Shown in pieces: positions 37,052 through 49,952 of a DNA stretch of 64,000 nucleotides (position 1 is its first letter; each line of letters opens with the position of its first letter). The DNA is from Mobula hypostoma (lineage: Eukaryota). The position numbers and the translations under genes were made by a program. The notes below the pieces were generated by a model. That model had not been told where the DNA came from. It worked only from the letters and a program-made list of their open reading frames with translations, and ran no database searches. The stretch is from positions 48,424,001-48,488,000 of the forward strand of contig NC_086097.1 in NCBI RefSeq assembly GCF_963921235.1, written 5' to 3'.

Positions 37052-37513
37052 AGGATGTTGCCTGGATTGGGGAACATGCCTTATGAGAATAGGTTGAGTG
37101 AGCTCGGCCTTTTCTCCCTGGAGTGACGGAGGATGAGAGGTGACTTGATAGAGGTGTACAAGATAATGAGAGGCATTGATCGTGTGGATAGTCAGAGGCT
37201 TTTCCCCAGGGCTGAAATGGCTAGCATGAGAGGGCATATTTTCAAGGTGCTTGGAAGTAGGTACAGAGGAGATGTCAGGGGTAAGTTTTCTACGCGGAGA
37301 GTGGTGAGTGCATGGAATGGGCTACCTGTGGCAGTGGTGGAGGCGGAAACGATAGGGTCTTTTAAGAGACTCCTGGATGGCTACATGGAGCTTAGAAGAA
37401 TAGAGGGCTATGGGTAAAGCCGAGGTAGTTCTAAGGTAGGGACATGTTCGGCTCAGCTTTGTGGGCCGAAGGGCCTGTATTGTGCTGTATGTTTTCTATA
37501 TTTCTATGTTTCT
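37052..37513 (+). mobile_element. Young 5'-truncated CR1
   Basis: ORF 37133-37417, nearly identical to 61428-61790; ttctatg-type tail. Confidence 0.92.
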
Positions 37514-38094
37514 AAAGCAAAAGTTAGAAAAGTAAAAAGCCAAAGTGGAGTATGGAAAGTCAAGTACAAAGGAGAGAAAAGTCACTAGATTGCATAAGGA
37601 CAGTAAGTGTAAGGGCACTTTATCTGAATTCCTATAGTATTCAAAACAAGGTCAGAGAACTTGTTGCACTAAGCAGTCCAAAGATACATGAGTTAGTGGC
37701 CATTACCGAATTGTGATTGAACAGTGGAGATGATTGGAAATTAAATATTCAAGGGTATCAGGTAATATGGAAGGATAAGCAGGAAGGTAAGGGAGATTTG
37801 GCAGTGCTCTTGATTAAGGATAAGATCAGGGAGATTGTGAGAGACAATATAAGATCTAAGGAGCAGAATGTTGAGTCAATCTAAATAAAGGTTAGGAATA
37901 GAAAAGGCAGAAGTCACTGGTGGGAGTGTCTATATGCAGCCAAATAATAACATTACAGTTGGAATAAGCTAAGAAATATCCAATGCGTGTGAGACTGGAA
38001 TGGCAGTCACCATGGGGGACTTTAACTTGCAGATAGATTGGCTGGATTAAGTCGTTCGCAACAGTCTTGAGGAGAACTCCTAGAGTGCACCCCT

Positions 38095-38465
38095 GAGAGC
38101 TTTCTTTTCCATTATTAAAGACCCCCAGCACCCAGGGCATGCACTTTTCTCACTGTTACAGAAGCCTGAAGGCACACACTCAGCGATTCAGGAACAGCTT
38201 CTTCCCCTCTGCCAACCGATTCCTAAATGGACTTTGAAGCTTTGGACACTACTTCACTTTTTAAAATATACAGTATTTCTGTTTTTGCATATTTTTTAAA
38301 TAATCTATTCAATATACGTAATTGATTTACTTGTTTATTATGTTTTATTTTATTTTTTTTTCTCTCTCTGCTTGATTATATATTGCATTGAACTGCTGCT
38401 GCTAAGTTAACAGATTTCACGTCACATGCCAGTGATAATAAACCTGATTCTGATTTTGATTCCGA
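38095..38465 (+). mobile_element. Rex1/Babar 3' end
   Basis: Reverse complement of the tail at 8785-9130; ends aataaacctgattctgatt. Confidence 0.85.
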
Positions 38466-38499
38466 CTACATGTTGGTAAACCTATAAGGGAAAATGGTA

Positions 38500-38820
38500 A
38501 ACATCCCTTCCTCTATTCCCTTCTCAGACATTTTACCTCTTCTCACCTGCCTATTTCTTCCAGCAGAAGTAGTTGAGGCAGGTTCGATGTTGTCATTTAA
38601 AGTTAAATTGGATAGCTATATGGACAGGAGAGGAATGGAGGGTTATGGGCTGAGTGCAGGTCGATGGGACTAGGTGAGAGTAAAAGTTCAGCATGGACTA
38701 GAAGGGCTGAGATGGCCTGTTTCCATGCTGTAATTGTTATATAGTTGTATAGTTATTTATTCAATTCCATAAATGCTGCTTGACCTGCTGAGTTCCTCCA
38801 TCATTTATGTCTGTGTTGCA
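38500..38820 (+). repeat. Penelope-derived repeat with a short CR1 3' end (about 38565-38755) inside
   Basis: Family motif gctgcttgacctgctgagttcctcca; CR1-like end with (GTTATATA)n tail. Confidence 0.6.
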
Positions 38821-41329
38821 AAGGAAAATGCTATCTTAGATATGGTCCTGTGCAAAAAATTAATGATCTTGTAGGTTGGGATCCTCTTGGAAAGAATAAT
38901 CTGAGTATGATTGAAATTCTTATGCAAAGGGAGGGTGCAATATTTTGATCTAAAACCAGTGTATTATGTCTAAACAAAGGAAACCACAATGAGATGAAGG
39001 AGGAGCTGGTGAGAGTAGACTGGAGCACAGACTATGTGGTGGGACAGTTGCAAAACTGTTTCAAAGAGTGTTTTTCACAATGCTCAACCGAAGTATATTC
39101 CAATTAAAAGTATGAACAGTAAGGGTGGGGAGATCCAGTCTTGGATAACTTAGGAAATAAAAGAAAGTATCAAACAAAAAGTTCATGCCTATAAAGTCAC
39201 CAAGAGTAGCGGCTAACAGGAAGACTGGGAAAAGCAACAAAAAAACCACTAAGCAAGCAATAAGCAAAAGGAAAATAGATTATGAAAGCAAACTAGCACA
39301 AATTATAAAAACGTAGTAAAAGATTTAATAATTATATAAAGCAAAAAAGAATGTAATGGAAGTGAACGCAGGTCCCTTGGAAGAACCTTACTGGAGTTCT
39401 TTCAGAACATAATGTGTGAAGTGAATAGAAGAGAACAGATGGATGTTGTATAAAAGACTTATCTATAAGATATTGATGCATGTAGCTGGGGATAATATAT
39501 TATGGTGCTCAACACCGTAATGCATTATCCCCAGTAGAGGACTGATTAACCAATCAGAGAGTTGGGATAAATCGGCGATTCTCTGTTTGCTAGTCAGTGG
39601 TGAGCAGACTGCTGCAGGGGTCAGTGCTGGGCCTACAACTGATAACAGTGTACAGCATATTTGGAAGAGGGGACCAAGTACAGTGTATCTAAATTTGCTG
39701 ATGATGCTAAACTGGGTGGAAAAACAAACTGTGCGGAGATGCGGAAATACTACAGAGAGATATAAGTAAGTTAGGTGAATGGGCAAGGGTCTGGCAGTTG
39801 GAGTAAAATGTTGGTAAATGCAAGGTCATTCACTTTGGAAGGAAAAATAGAGGATAAAGTTATTAATTAAATGGTGAAAGAGTGCAACACGTTGTGCAGA
39901 GGAATTTAGAAGTGCTTGTGCAAGAATCACAAAAGTTTGATTTTCAGGTGCATTTATCAAGAAAGTGGATGGAATGTTGGCCTTCATTACTACAGGGATT
40001 GAATTTAAGAGCAAGAAGCTTATGTTGGAACTATTCAGGGTACTGTTGAGGCAGGACCTGGAGAACTGTGTGCAGTTCTGCCTTCCTTACTTGAGGAAAG
40101 GCTTTGGAGACAGTGCAGAGGAGTATTACCGGGTTGATTTTGGAGATGATGGGTTTAGCATATGAGGAGAGGCTATTCTCATTGGAGTGCAGAATAATGA
40201 GAGGGGCTCTTATAGAAACATTAAATTATGAAAGAGGTACATAAGAGAGAGTCAGGATAGATGTTCCCACTGGCAGGTGAGACTAGAACTAGGTGATAGC
40301 CTCAGGATTCAGGACAAAGATGAGAAAGAACTGTAGTGTACCTGTGGACATCTCTACCCAGGGAAGCAGAAGAGACTACATCATTAATTATATTTAAGGC
40401 ACAGTTAGACAGAATTTTTCAGAATAGGGGAATTAAGAGTTATGGGGAAAAGAGCTGAGTCCATGGCCAGATCAGCCATGATCTTATTGAATGGTGTGGG
40501 CTTGAAGGGCAAGCTGGGCTACTCCTGCTCCTATTTCTCATGTTTTTATGTTCTTCTTTAGTGTGTACGTCCTTCTCTAGATTATTTCCTCAAAAGGTAA
40601 CACTTTGCACTTGTCCAAGTTAAATTCCATCGGTCACTCCTTGGCCCAATTTCCTAATTCATCTAGATTCTGCTGTAATCTCTGATAAGCCCTCTCTAAC
40701 ACCGTTACTAACTATACCATCTTCATTTTCATCTGAATCTTTAATAGAGATGAAACACTACAGTGGAGCCAGCACGGATCTCTGAAGCACCTCTCTGGCT
40801 TTAGGCCTCTGAGCTGAAAAGCAAGCTCCCACTGCCTGCTCACAAGTCCACTACCTTCTGCTAATTTTTGCATGAAGCAAAAGAACAAACTACGACAATC
40901 GAGTAATCATTAGTTAGATGCACTGCATTGGGTCAGGGTGATCAAATGTACCGTGGTCAAGCGCAGAGGGTCATGTGCATCACACTGAGAATGCCTGGGG
41001 TTAGTAGCAGCAGTGGATGGGGGATAGAGTGGTACTGAAAAACTGGAAAGAGATTGATGGGTGATGTTAAAGTTGAATGAATGTGAGCCTGAGCACAGAT
41101 GGGAAGATGAAATAGGTGGAGCTTAATCTCCAGGTTTTGAGTGGCAGGTGAATCAGCAAATGTGTTCACTCTTTATGACTGCTTCAATTCATACAGGTGC
41201 TTTCTGTATTTCACAATTGTCTTCTGCAATCAGTTGAAGAACCTGACATGTGGACCTGTCTTCCCTGTTTCTCTCATGCTGTAATCCATGTCTAGTTCGA
41301 AGACACACCGAGATTAGTGAAGAGAGTGC

Positions 41330-41540
41330 AGAATCTGAGGCAACAAACTATCTGCTGGAGGAATTCAACTGGCTGAGCAATGTCTGTGGGGGAAAATGAC
41401 ATTAACTACATTCTTTAAAGTTTATTTGGAACCAAAATGATTTTATTTTGACTCTGATACAGGGTTTCGATCGAAAATGTCGAAAATTCCTTTTCCCCCA
41501 TCGATGCTGCTGGCACACTGAGTTCCTCCAAGACTGACTT
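41330..41540. repeat. Inverted pair of Penelope-derived repeats
   Basis: ctgctggaggaattcaac (minus copy) and ctgatacagggtttcgatcgaaaatgtc...gatgctgctggcacactgagttcctcca (plus copy). Confidence 0.6.
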
Positions 41541-41559
41541 TATTCATTACCAACATATC

Positions 41560-41937
41560 TGGTTTCCTCGAGAATCCTGAAGAGGTGCAAGTATGTTAAC
41601 TGGCTACTGTGAATTTCCCTTAGTCTTGCTGGGTAGCAGGAGAATCACAGTATTAATGATGGGCAGATAAGGGAGAACAGGATTCAGAAAACGGGGGGGG
41701 GGGTGGAATGAGATTGATGACAACACATTAAATGCTGGCATATATGTAATGAATGGACTGGGCACCTTCTGTGCCATGTGAAAATATGACTTGAAAGTGA
41801 AATATGACTTGAAGGAAACCCACATGGAATTTCACAGGGAGAATGTATAAACTCCTTACAGACAGTGCAGGGGTTGAACCCAGGTCTCTGGCACTGTAAT
41901 AGCATCATGTGATCCACTATGCTGCTGTGCTGCCCCA
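41560..41937. mobile_element. Two V-SINE-like fragments, tail to tail
   Basis: Minus copy 41800-41937 has a tRNA-like head (B-box ggttcaacccc) followed by V-domain-like gtaaggagtttatacattctccctgtg...gtgggtttcc. Plus copy 41560-41790 resembles the 3' half. Confidence 0.65.
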
Positions 41938-44900
41938 AATTTAAGGTTTTTTTCAGGAAAGATTCATTTTGGTAGTATATGTATATTGGTCTGTGCCTCA
42001 GAAGCCAGCTATCATATGTTACTGTTAATTTAAGGCATATGGTGTTGCTGTTATCTGAGGAAGCTGTGTCATGTGGTTAACTTAATGACATTGTAGATAC
42101 AATACATTAGCCTAGTTTACAGAGTTAACTGCTAGAATAGTAATGTTTCCTCGATGGACAAATAGAAGGAAGTTTATATTTTATTCCACACTAGGACCAC
42201 AGCAAGAACCATATTCACTATAGATGGATTGAATAGATGCAATGATTTCAATTTCTAGCCTGTTCTGTGGCAGAAACCTTTTGGTGCACATCCTTTCTAA
42301 TCAAATGGAGGTACCCTACAGTAAATGGTGCCATTTTCATCCAACAGAAAAATGTCAAATGTCACCAGAACAATTGAGTGGCAGCTGATGAAAGTAGGGA
42401 ATGAAAAATCACCTATGATAAAAATATTAACGTGGTTGGTAAAGCAATAACAGTCAGGAAAAGCAAAAAAGATCTGCTGAGGGATATGTAGGTTCAGAAG
42501 TGGAGCACATCTGTTTTCTCAGTAATCATTAACACGTGTGTATTTGCTCCGACTGTCTCTCGGCTGCTGGATCTGTCACCATACTCTACCTTATCCCTAT
42601 TCAGAAATAATCTTGTTGTTAGATCATGGTAAGAGGGTAAAACAGAATTAGGTCATGCCCCTAAAAAGGGAGCAATTCAACAGTGTGGAAGCAATAGGAA
42701 CTAATTTACATGGAAGCTGAATTCAGGAGTGTAAGAGGTTGAACGTATCTATATGCTAAAAGAATTGGTGAGATAAGAATGCCTGTTCTTAATGAGAGAT
42801 GATAATGGCAGACACTGTTTCAATTTATCCTAAAGACTCCAGATTAACACAAATCTCTGAGTGTCTTTATTACTGCCAAGAGTTTGAGGGAATTGCAACA
42901 GAGGGTGGAAATGCTAAGCAGTCTGGGACCATCTGTCACCTCGATGGAGGTGAAAATGTGCATGATTGAGTGACACCTGCTTGTCAAGTGCAGCCTGCTG
43001 GGAAATTGTGGCTCGATTCAGAGAGCCCCGAACTACAATGCCCGCATGTGAATCAGACGCATGGGCCACTCTTATACCACCCTTATCTTAAATATTCATA
43101 AAATAGAAAGGCAGTTATTTGCTGGTGCACTTACAGTCATAACAATATTAGATGACAGCTCTGGAAATTACTGCTATTTATGCACAAAGAATCCTGTGGT
43201 TAAAAAGGGCAGAAATAATGGCACACAGCACAAGGCAACACAAACAGGCTGGTTCAATTTGTAGTTAGAGTTTGTTTATTTCTTTATTTTAATTCCCTCT
43301 TTTAAATTGGTTAAGCATTGGGCATTCTGCCATGGATCTGTGGCATCTGGATTTACATATTCTGCCTATTTCAGTGCAGATTTTTTTTTCCCAGTGTCAT
43401 ACATTAGCATTTAAACTTTTGTTGTTTGAATATATTCAGCAGAGCACAGAATCTTCTCTTTGTTAATACGAAGCTAAACTAAATTCAAATTGTCTACAAA
43501 GAGAGAGATAAAGGAAGCAATTAAATTAAATAAGACTTGTAATTTCAGACAACTGTGCTATCCAGAGTTTTGCATCATGTTTCTATTCCACTATTGATTG
43601 TGAATAAACAAAAGAAAGAAATAGATTTAGGTCCAGACTGCTGGGCTCTGCTGAGATCAGATTTATGAATTATTCTCATGGCAGTGTGGCATGACTCCTG
43701 TTTTGTTTTGTAATCATTCAAGCAATCTGTCTAGGCGTTTAATACATAAAGACCAGGAGCTTAAAACCAGCAAATTTAAATCTGTAATTTGTAGTTGTAA
43801 TATTATAATGTTTAAAAATGCTTATGGCAAGAACTTACTCCCAGTCTTAGTAGCTTTGCAATCAAAATTCATCATATGAGAATTTCAAGCATAAGATCCT
43901 TTCATTTTTGCTCCAACCTTTGTCAGGAGAAAAATCAATAAATAATTAGCATTTTCTAATCAATATTTAATGTCACGGCATATGATCTACATTTTTGCTA
44001 TGGCACTCTGTTGTTAGGAAAAACGTGACAAAGACTAACAAGCCATCAAGCACTCAAGTGCCAGGGGTTTGTCCCTGGTTAAGAACATTATGAAGGTTAC
44101 AGAGTCCACTCCAATGAAATAACCTGCAGCTGGCTATCTGAGGATGGGAGGATAGACAAGGGAGCCTGGCCATGAATTTTAATGAATAGCAGAAACAAAT
44201 GAGTCAGAGATGCACACAATTAGTGGGATGGTGGAATATGTGTTGTGTCTAAATGAGGGACATGATCAGCTCTTGACTCTCAGCATGGTATGAGCTCATT
44301 CTCCAAAGACCTTAATGAGGGTGGTACATTGCACCAGTGCAGTGTTCAGAACAGACTGATGGCACAATAGGGAAAAGGAACTGGTTAAACAAGCACTTGT
44401 GATCCAAATAATTTTCCAAATATCTGCAAGCAAAGAATGTCAGTTCTTCAGGATGCTGTTTTATTTTACTTTAATACAGAGCATGCGGTGCCTAGTTGGT
44501 TGTTACAATAGAGGAAAAAATATTCCATATTACTTGTTTAAGCCTTTTTGTTATTTTTCTGAATTTCATTTCATAAATTTCATAAATGAATTTCATTTCA
44601 TTTATCGGAAACAATTTATACATTTGTGCTAATGGCAAGATTCTATTTCATTAATGCAAATAATATGCAGCCATTAATAGCAAATGGATACATCAAATAT
44701 CTGCTAAATAATCACAGTTATATCAAAGATAAGCTGCAATTAATGCTTTCAACTTTAATAATGTGTATTCTATATAAATTTAGCTTACCATACAGTGAGG
44801 AAAAAACTGGAAATTATGAAATTAGATGGTACAATTTTAAGAAGAAGGTGCATACCAGATATCATATCAATTTGTTCTCTGTGTTGTACGTGTTATTTTG

Positions 44901-47900
44901 AATTGATATGAACCTAAGTCAATTTGCAGTATCTTTCCTATCGATGCTGACATATCATTTGGAACTAGATATTGTTGAAAGACACTATTATGCTTGCAAT
45001 GTTCTGCCAAATATATAACCCAGGATTAAGGTTCAAGTAGTTAAGGCTGCTAATGTACTTCAAAAAAGTTCTCAGACCAATACCTGTATATTGTGGCCAC
45101 AGCACAGCTAATCTTCATTATCTTGTCAGGTCACATGCAGGTCACTAGCGAAGAAATTCTCTTGCCTAGAAACAAAAGCAGAGCTTTGTTTCCCAGGCTG
45201 CTAGTTTTTTTTTAATGTTGGCAGAGTATGGACAGAAATGGCAGCTTTCTCCCAGCATTAAAAAAGATGGAAAATAATCTTCAAACGTCCCAGCAGGTGC
45301 AGTAGACTGCCGGAGTGCTTTTAAAGTGTGGCTTCACACTGAGCTGGAGTTATATCATCTCTATTATCAACTCACATTGCTCACTTTAATGAGCACTGGA
45401 GGTTGTGGCTGATCGGGCTAGACTGCCATACTTTGGCTTGCACAAACATGTTAGTGGCATATAACTACACCTTGGGATCTGGGACTTCCTCACATGTAGA
45501 CTATCTTTACCACATTAGGCCATTTGTCTACTTCTGAGAATCTTCAGGCATGCACTTGAGCTCACAAATGCTGGTGTCCTCTGCATGTATGTGAGTGGAA
45601 TATCTTGGAGCCCATCATTTAAGAAGAGAAATCATTAATTTACTTCTCCTCTATTATGACAAATGCATTCACAATATGAAAATGTTTCTTCATAGGAAAA
45701 TAATGGGAAATAATATTTACCTCTTTTTACAGAGAAGCCATATTACCAAACCTTGATAGTTTGTTCTTAATCTATCTTTAGAAAACTTAAGTTCCCCTGT
45801 TCTTTATTTCCCATTTTAATACGTGTTCCATAGTTGTTTTTTGTCACAATCATTGTTTTTCTGCAAAATTTCATTTACAGTGTGCAATATAAGACCCTCA
45901 AATGACTCTAGCAACTATAAATGTTTGATAAGTGACACAGTAGCAGAAAATAGGTCAGTAAGCATCAGATCTAATCTGGTGCATTTAGAAACCAAAAGTA
46001 AATTATGAGCATTTTAGAGATGATGATTAATGTTAGCTCATATTGAAGTGGTAAGTAATTATAAATACCCCTAATTTTCTCAGGGATCTCCATCCATATC
46101 AGTTCCCTGTTGTTTCTACGATAGTTCTGTGCAGGCTTTCAAAGGGAGGGAATCCCACTTTCTCCATTTGTGACAAATCACGTCAGGAACAGCCTTGGGA
46201 GCAAAGCCAGAGACAGGAAGTTCCTGCTTTTCCAGTTCAGTCACAACCTAATGTAATAATGGAGGCTGGCTCGCCTAGGGAAATCACAGCAACATGGCTC
46301 CAGGTGGAAATTAATTTATTGCTGATTGTGTTATATTTGATAAGTGCGATCTCCTTTCCAGACATGTGGAAGTATGCAAAGGAACTTAAGCTTACCACCT
46401 TTAGATGGAAAAGTAGGTCCCCCTGGTTATGTGGTGAATGAGATTTTGTATGTTTATTCTGATAGGTCATACATAATTTTTCAATGAGTATTTTTGATAC
46501 GTTCCATGTCCTGATTGAGTATCCAGAATTCTTGCAAAAAGGGTCTTTTTGTTATGAGGAAGCCTAAAATTACCTCCAAACCTCACACTCAAACCCCAAA
46601 CAATTGTCAACATGGTGCCAGCAGATACCAGTGATACATCTTTTATGGTATACGTGTTTGTTACTTATTTAGAAATAAGCCTTCTTTGTTGTGACTGATA
46701 GCGCAAGTGTCAGAATGGTAGAGCATCGATCTTGAAGAATCGTATGTGTTAATATTTGTGAGTGTAACATAATCTAATTTAAAATAACATCCATAAAAAA
46801 TTACCTAAACACATGCCTTCTGAATAAAATAATTTTTTTTCCAACAGGCCGCCAGCGCTGGTCTGATTGATGAATGACAGCACACATGAGAACCAGGTCT
46901 AAAATTGAAAAGAAATCCTATTTTATTATTAGAAACAAATCTAGCGAGCAGAAAGCATATGTTGTGCTTTGGACCCCACGCTGCTAGTCTGAGAGATCAG
47001 GTCTCACACTAATCAGTAACTTCAAACAATACCCAGCAACCACCTGGGACAGAGACTTTACATTAGTCCTGACTTAAAGCCCTCTGATGTCAGTAGACAG
47101 CCCAGAGGCACTGGCCGACAAATTGTCACAAAGGAGGAAGGGAACAGCAGCAATCAATGACTTTCACATTAAATCGCAAATATATTTTCAAAACAACTGC
47201 ATAATGAGCTCATCATTTGGTGACTCTTAAAATGTTTCATTCAATGTTTCAGGATGTTAAAAAGTTTTATCCCTGACTTGGGATATTTGAAAGATAAAAC
47301 AGAAGACAGAAGGGCTTCTATTACTTCACTTTAAAATCAGAAACATTTCTTTAGGGCTAATGATAAGCTCTTGCAATGCTAATACATGATTTTGTCTGGG
47401 AAATTGTTGCCTGACCAATAGCAACATATTGATTCTTGACGGTAAATGAAACTAAATTTGCAATGCTTATTATTATTGACATGAAATATAAAAGAGATTT
47501 TGCAAGTAACGGGTTTGCCAATTATGTAGCTTATAATGGCCAAAGCTAATTGCATAATTTTAATTATTATGTGATTTAATCATTGATAAATGTACAATAA
47601 ATTAAAGAACAATGAATGAAACCATTTTGCTAAAAATCACTCACCCTTGCATAAATGTTATGAATTATATTATAAATATGTTAACATGTCACATTGATGT
47701 TGTTTTAAGAGGCTTGCTTATTCATATATTTAAAGTCATTTCATTTATGATTCCTTACCAAGTGCTTAGTGTTCAGCTTTGTTCTAACTGGCAGATATGT
47801 TTTATTATAACAGTAGAATTAAAGGCTATGAATTTTAAAGAAGGCTGGTTATTCTTTGTAACTTATACAATCAATTTTCTCTCCAGCTAAGAAAATGCTT

Positions 47901-48282
47901 TTTAATGTTAAGATTAATTATTGATCAGAGTGCCCCTTTCCAATTGCTCCATCATTTTTGTTGACTTAAATTACACACTAAGTTTCAAAGAATAAAGGCT
48001 GCATCTCTCCATACTGCAGTGCATTCAGTCCATCATTATCTAGGCTAGAATGATATTATGGAATGCAGTTATTACCTAAAAATCATCTGCACAGAGGTCT
48101 ATCGATTATCCCTTGCAGTAAGTTTGCGTGCAGATAGATCTCCGTGTATCTTGATCAAATTAAAAAGGTCTAATATATCCCTGACACAGAATTGCCTTGC
48201 ATACCTCGGGCACTGCCCCTTTTAACCATTAAGCTTCAGATTAAAGGCATATCTGGTAATGACCAAACAATTTTGCAGAAGG

Positions 48283-48700
48283 ATCAAGGGTCAGCTCAAG
48301 GGTCTATATTTGCATGTATTAGGAATTTACTATAATGTGTTGGTCAGGGTGCAAAATGCAACAAAATACAACAATATTCAGCAATTATGAAGAATAAATA
48401 ATTACGTACATAAAATCGGGTTAGAGGCTAAAGTACTGATATGAAAATAAATGTGTACAAATACATAAATACTAGCATTATCTTCAATGTAAACAGCATT
48501 AAAAAGGTGGTTTAAACTGTTGACAGTTCAGTACAATGACATGGGATAGAGGGGGTGTGAGTGGCTGATTAGAATGGTTGATCAGATTAACTGACTAGGG
48601 GAAGAATCTTTTAAGATGGCATAATTTTTTTTTGTTGTAATAGCTCTGTAGTGCTTTCCAGAAGGGTGGTTTTGGAAAAGGCAGTTTGCAGCATGATTTT
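48283..48700 (-). mobile_element. LINE 3' end (Rex1-like, TTGATCC-type tail)
   Basis: Clearly homologous to 63297-63590. Confidence 0.65.
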
Positions 48701-49782
48701 TCCTGTGGTAAGAAGAATGAGGAGTCTCAGAAGAACGTGTTAGCTATTTTCAAGAATAGGAGTACACAGTTAACTACATTAATATAACAAATGACACAAA
48801 CTCTTTCATAATGGGATGGAGACTCAATAATATACAAGAATTTGGATATGTGGTCCAAAGAGATAGTTCTGAGTAGGCAGGAAATTTGATCAGATGGAGA
48901 GTGTATGAAGTGTCTATCGTTGATTATTAACTGAAGAAACAGAGAACTGAGACTGGGAGATTCAAGATGAACAGGATGGGCCAAGACAAACGTGGGATTC
49001 AAAATAGGGTAAATAAAAGGAAGGTGAGTCTGTGGAGCTGAGCAGGTGTTGGTGAAGGGAATCCAGTACAAGATTTGACTAGTGCAGATCTAGATGAGTT
49101 TGAAAATGTGTGGCATAGAGTCATGTTTGTCAGTGAGAAGTGAACTGGAGAAGCTGAACATGGAGTAAGTGGAGGCATGGTTGAGATAATGGAAGGAATA
49201 GAGGAGGGCTGTATTACTGATATGAGGTTTTTAACGCTCACTTATGTGCAGATTGACATGGCACTGAGATTTGTGCATTGTAATCAGTGTCAGCGAATGT
49301 TTGAGGAGTGGAATGGAATTGGATGTTATGATGAAAGATGACCAAGAGGGTTCCTTTTGCCAGTACTGAGCTGTAGAAACAGTGGCTACAACCCATCCAC
49401 CTTTGACAGACGGTACAATTTGCAGAACAAAGAATGTGTATGTAGAAAGATAGTCTTAACTTGTGGCTAAAATCCAACCTGTCTGTGAGAACTATAATGG
49501 GCACTGCACATTGTAATGAAATTTTAAGAGCATGCATGACAATTATTTTAATACTAATTCAAATTATGTGAATTTTGAAGTTTTTAAAGGAGGGTACTTT
49601 TGGGACTTTGTCATAAGTGGGGTTCTTCATTATAATTGTAGTTTGTGTCTTCAGACTGACTGACTGACTGAAAACAACGTACCACAGATCTCTCACTTTT
49701 GTTCAGTCAAGATCATAAAACATTTATTATATATGGCAATAAGGACAATAATTAATTTGTTGAACAATCTTGCTACATAATT

Positions 49783-49952
49783 AGAGTCATAGAGCAATGC
49801 ATCTCCAGTGGAGGCCCTTTGGCCCATTAATCCATGCAAGCACAGTGCCTACCTAGCTGGTCCCGATTTCCTGCATTCGGCCATATCCCTCTAACCCCTG
49901 CCACTCCACGTACCTATCCAAGTGGTTCTTAAACGATACTATTGCACCTACC
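49783..49952 (-). mobile_element. Short CR1 3' end
   Basis: ggccctttggccc...atatccctctaacc...tacctatccaagtg..cttaaa is the reverse complement of a CR1 terminus. Confidence 0.7.

Larger units (their letters stand above)
33560..40555 (+). mobile_element. Old near-full-length CR1 LINE (ORF1 esterase end plus ORF2), with several nested insertions
   Basis: ORF1 piece 33560-33703 resumes at about 36951. Endonuclease motifs at 37610-38090 (MGDFNL), RT and C-terminal remnants 38830-40550, tail tttatgttctt. Confidence 0.75.

Noticed and set aside
46848..46896. Plus-strand exon after a strong acceptor (ttttttttccaacag)
   Set aside because: Stops in all three frames and a weak donor (gtctaa).
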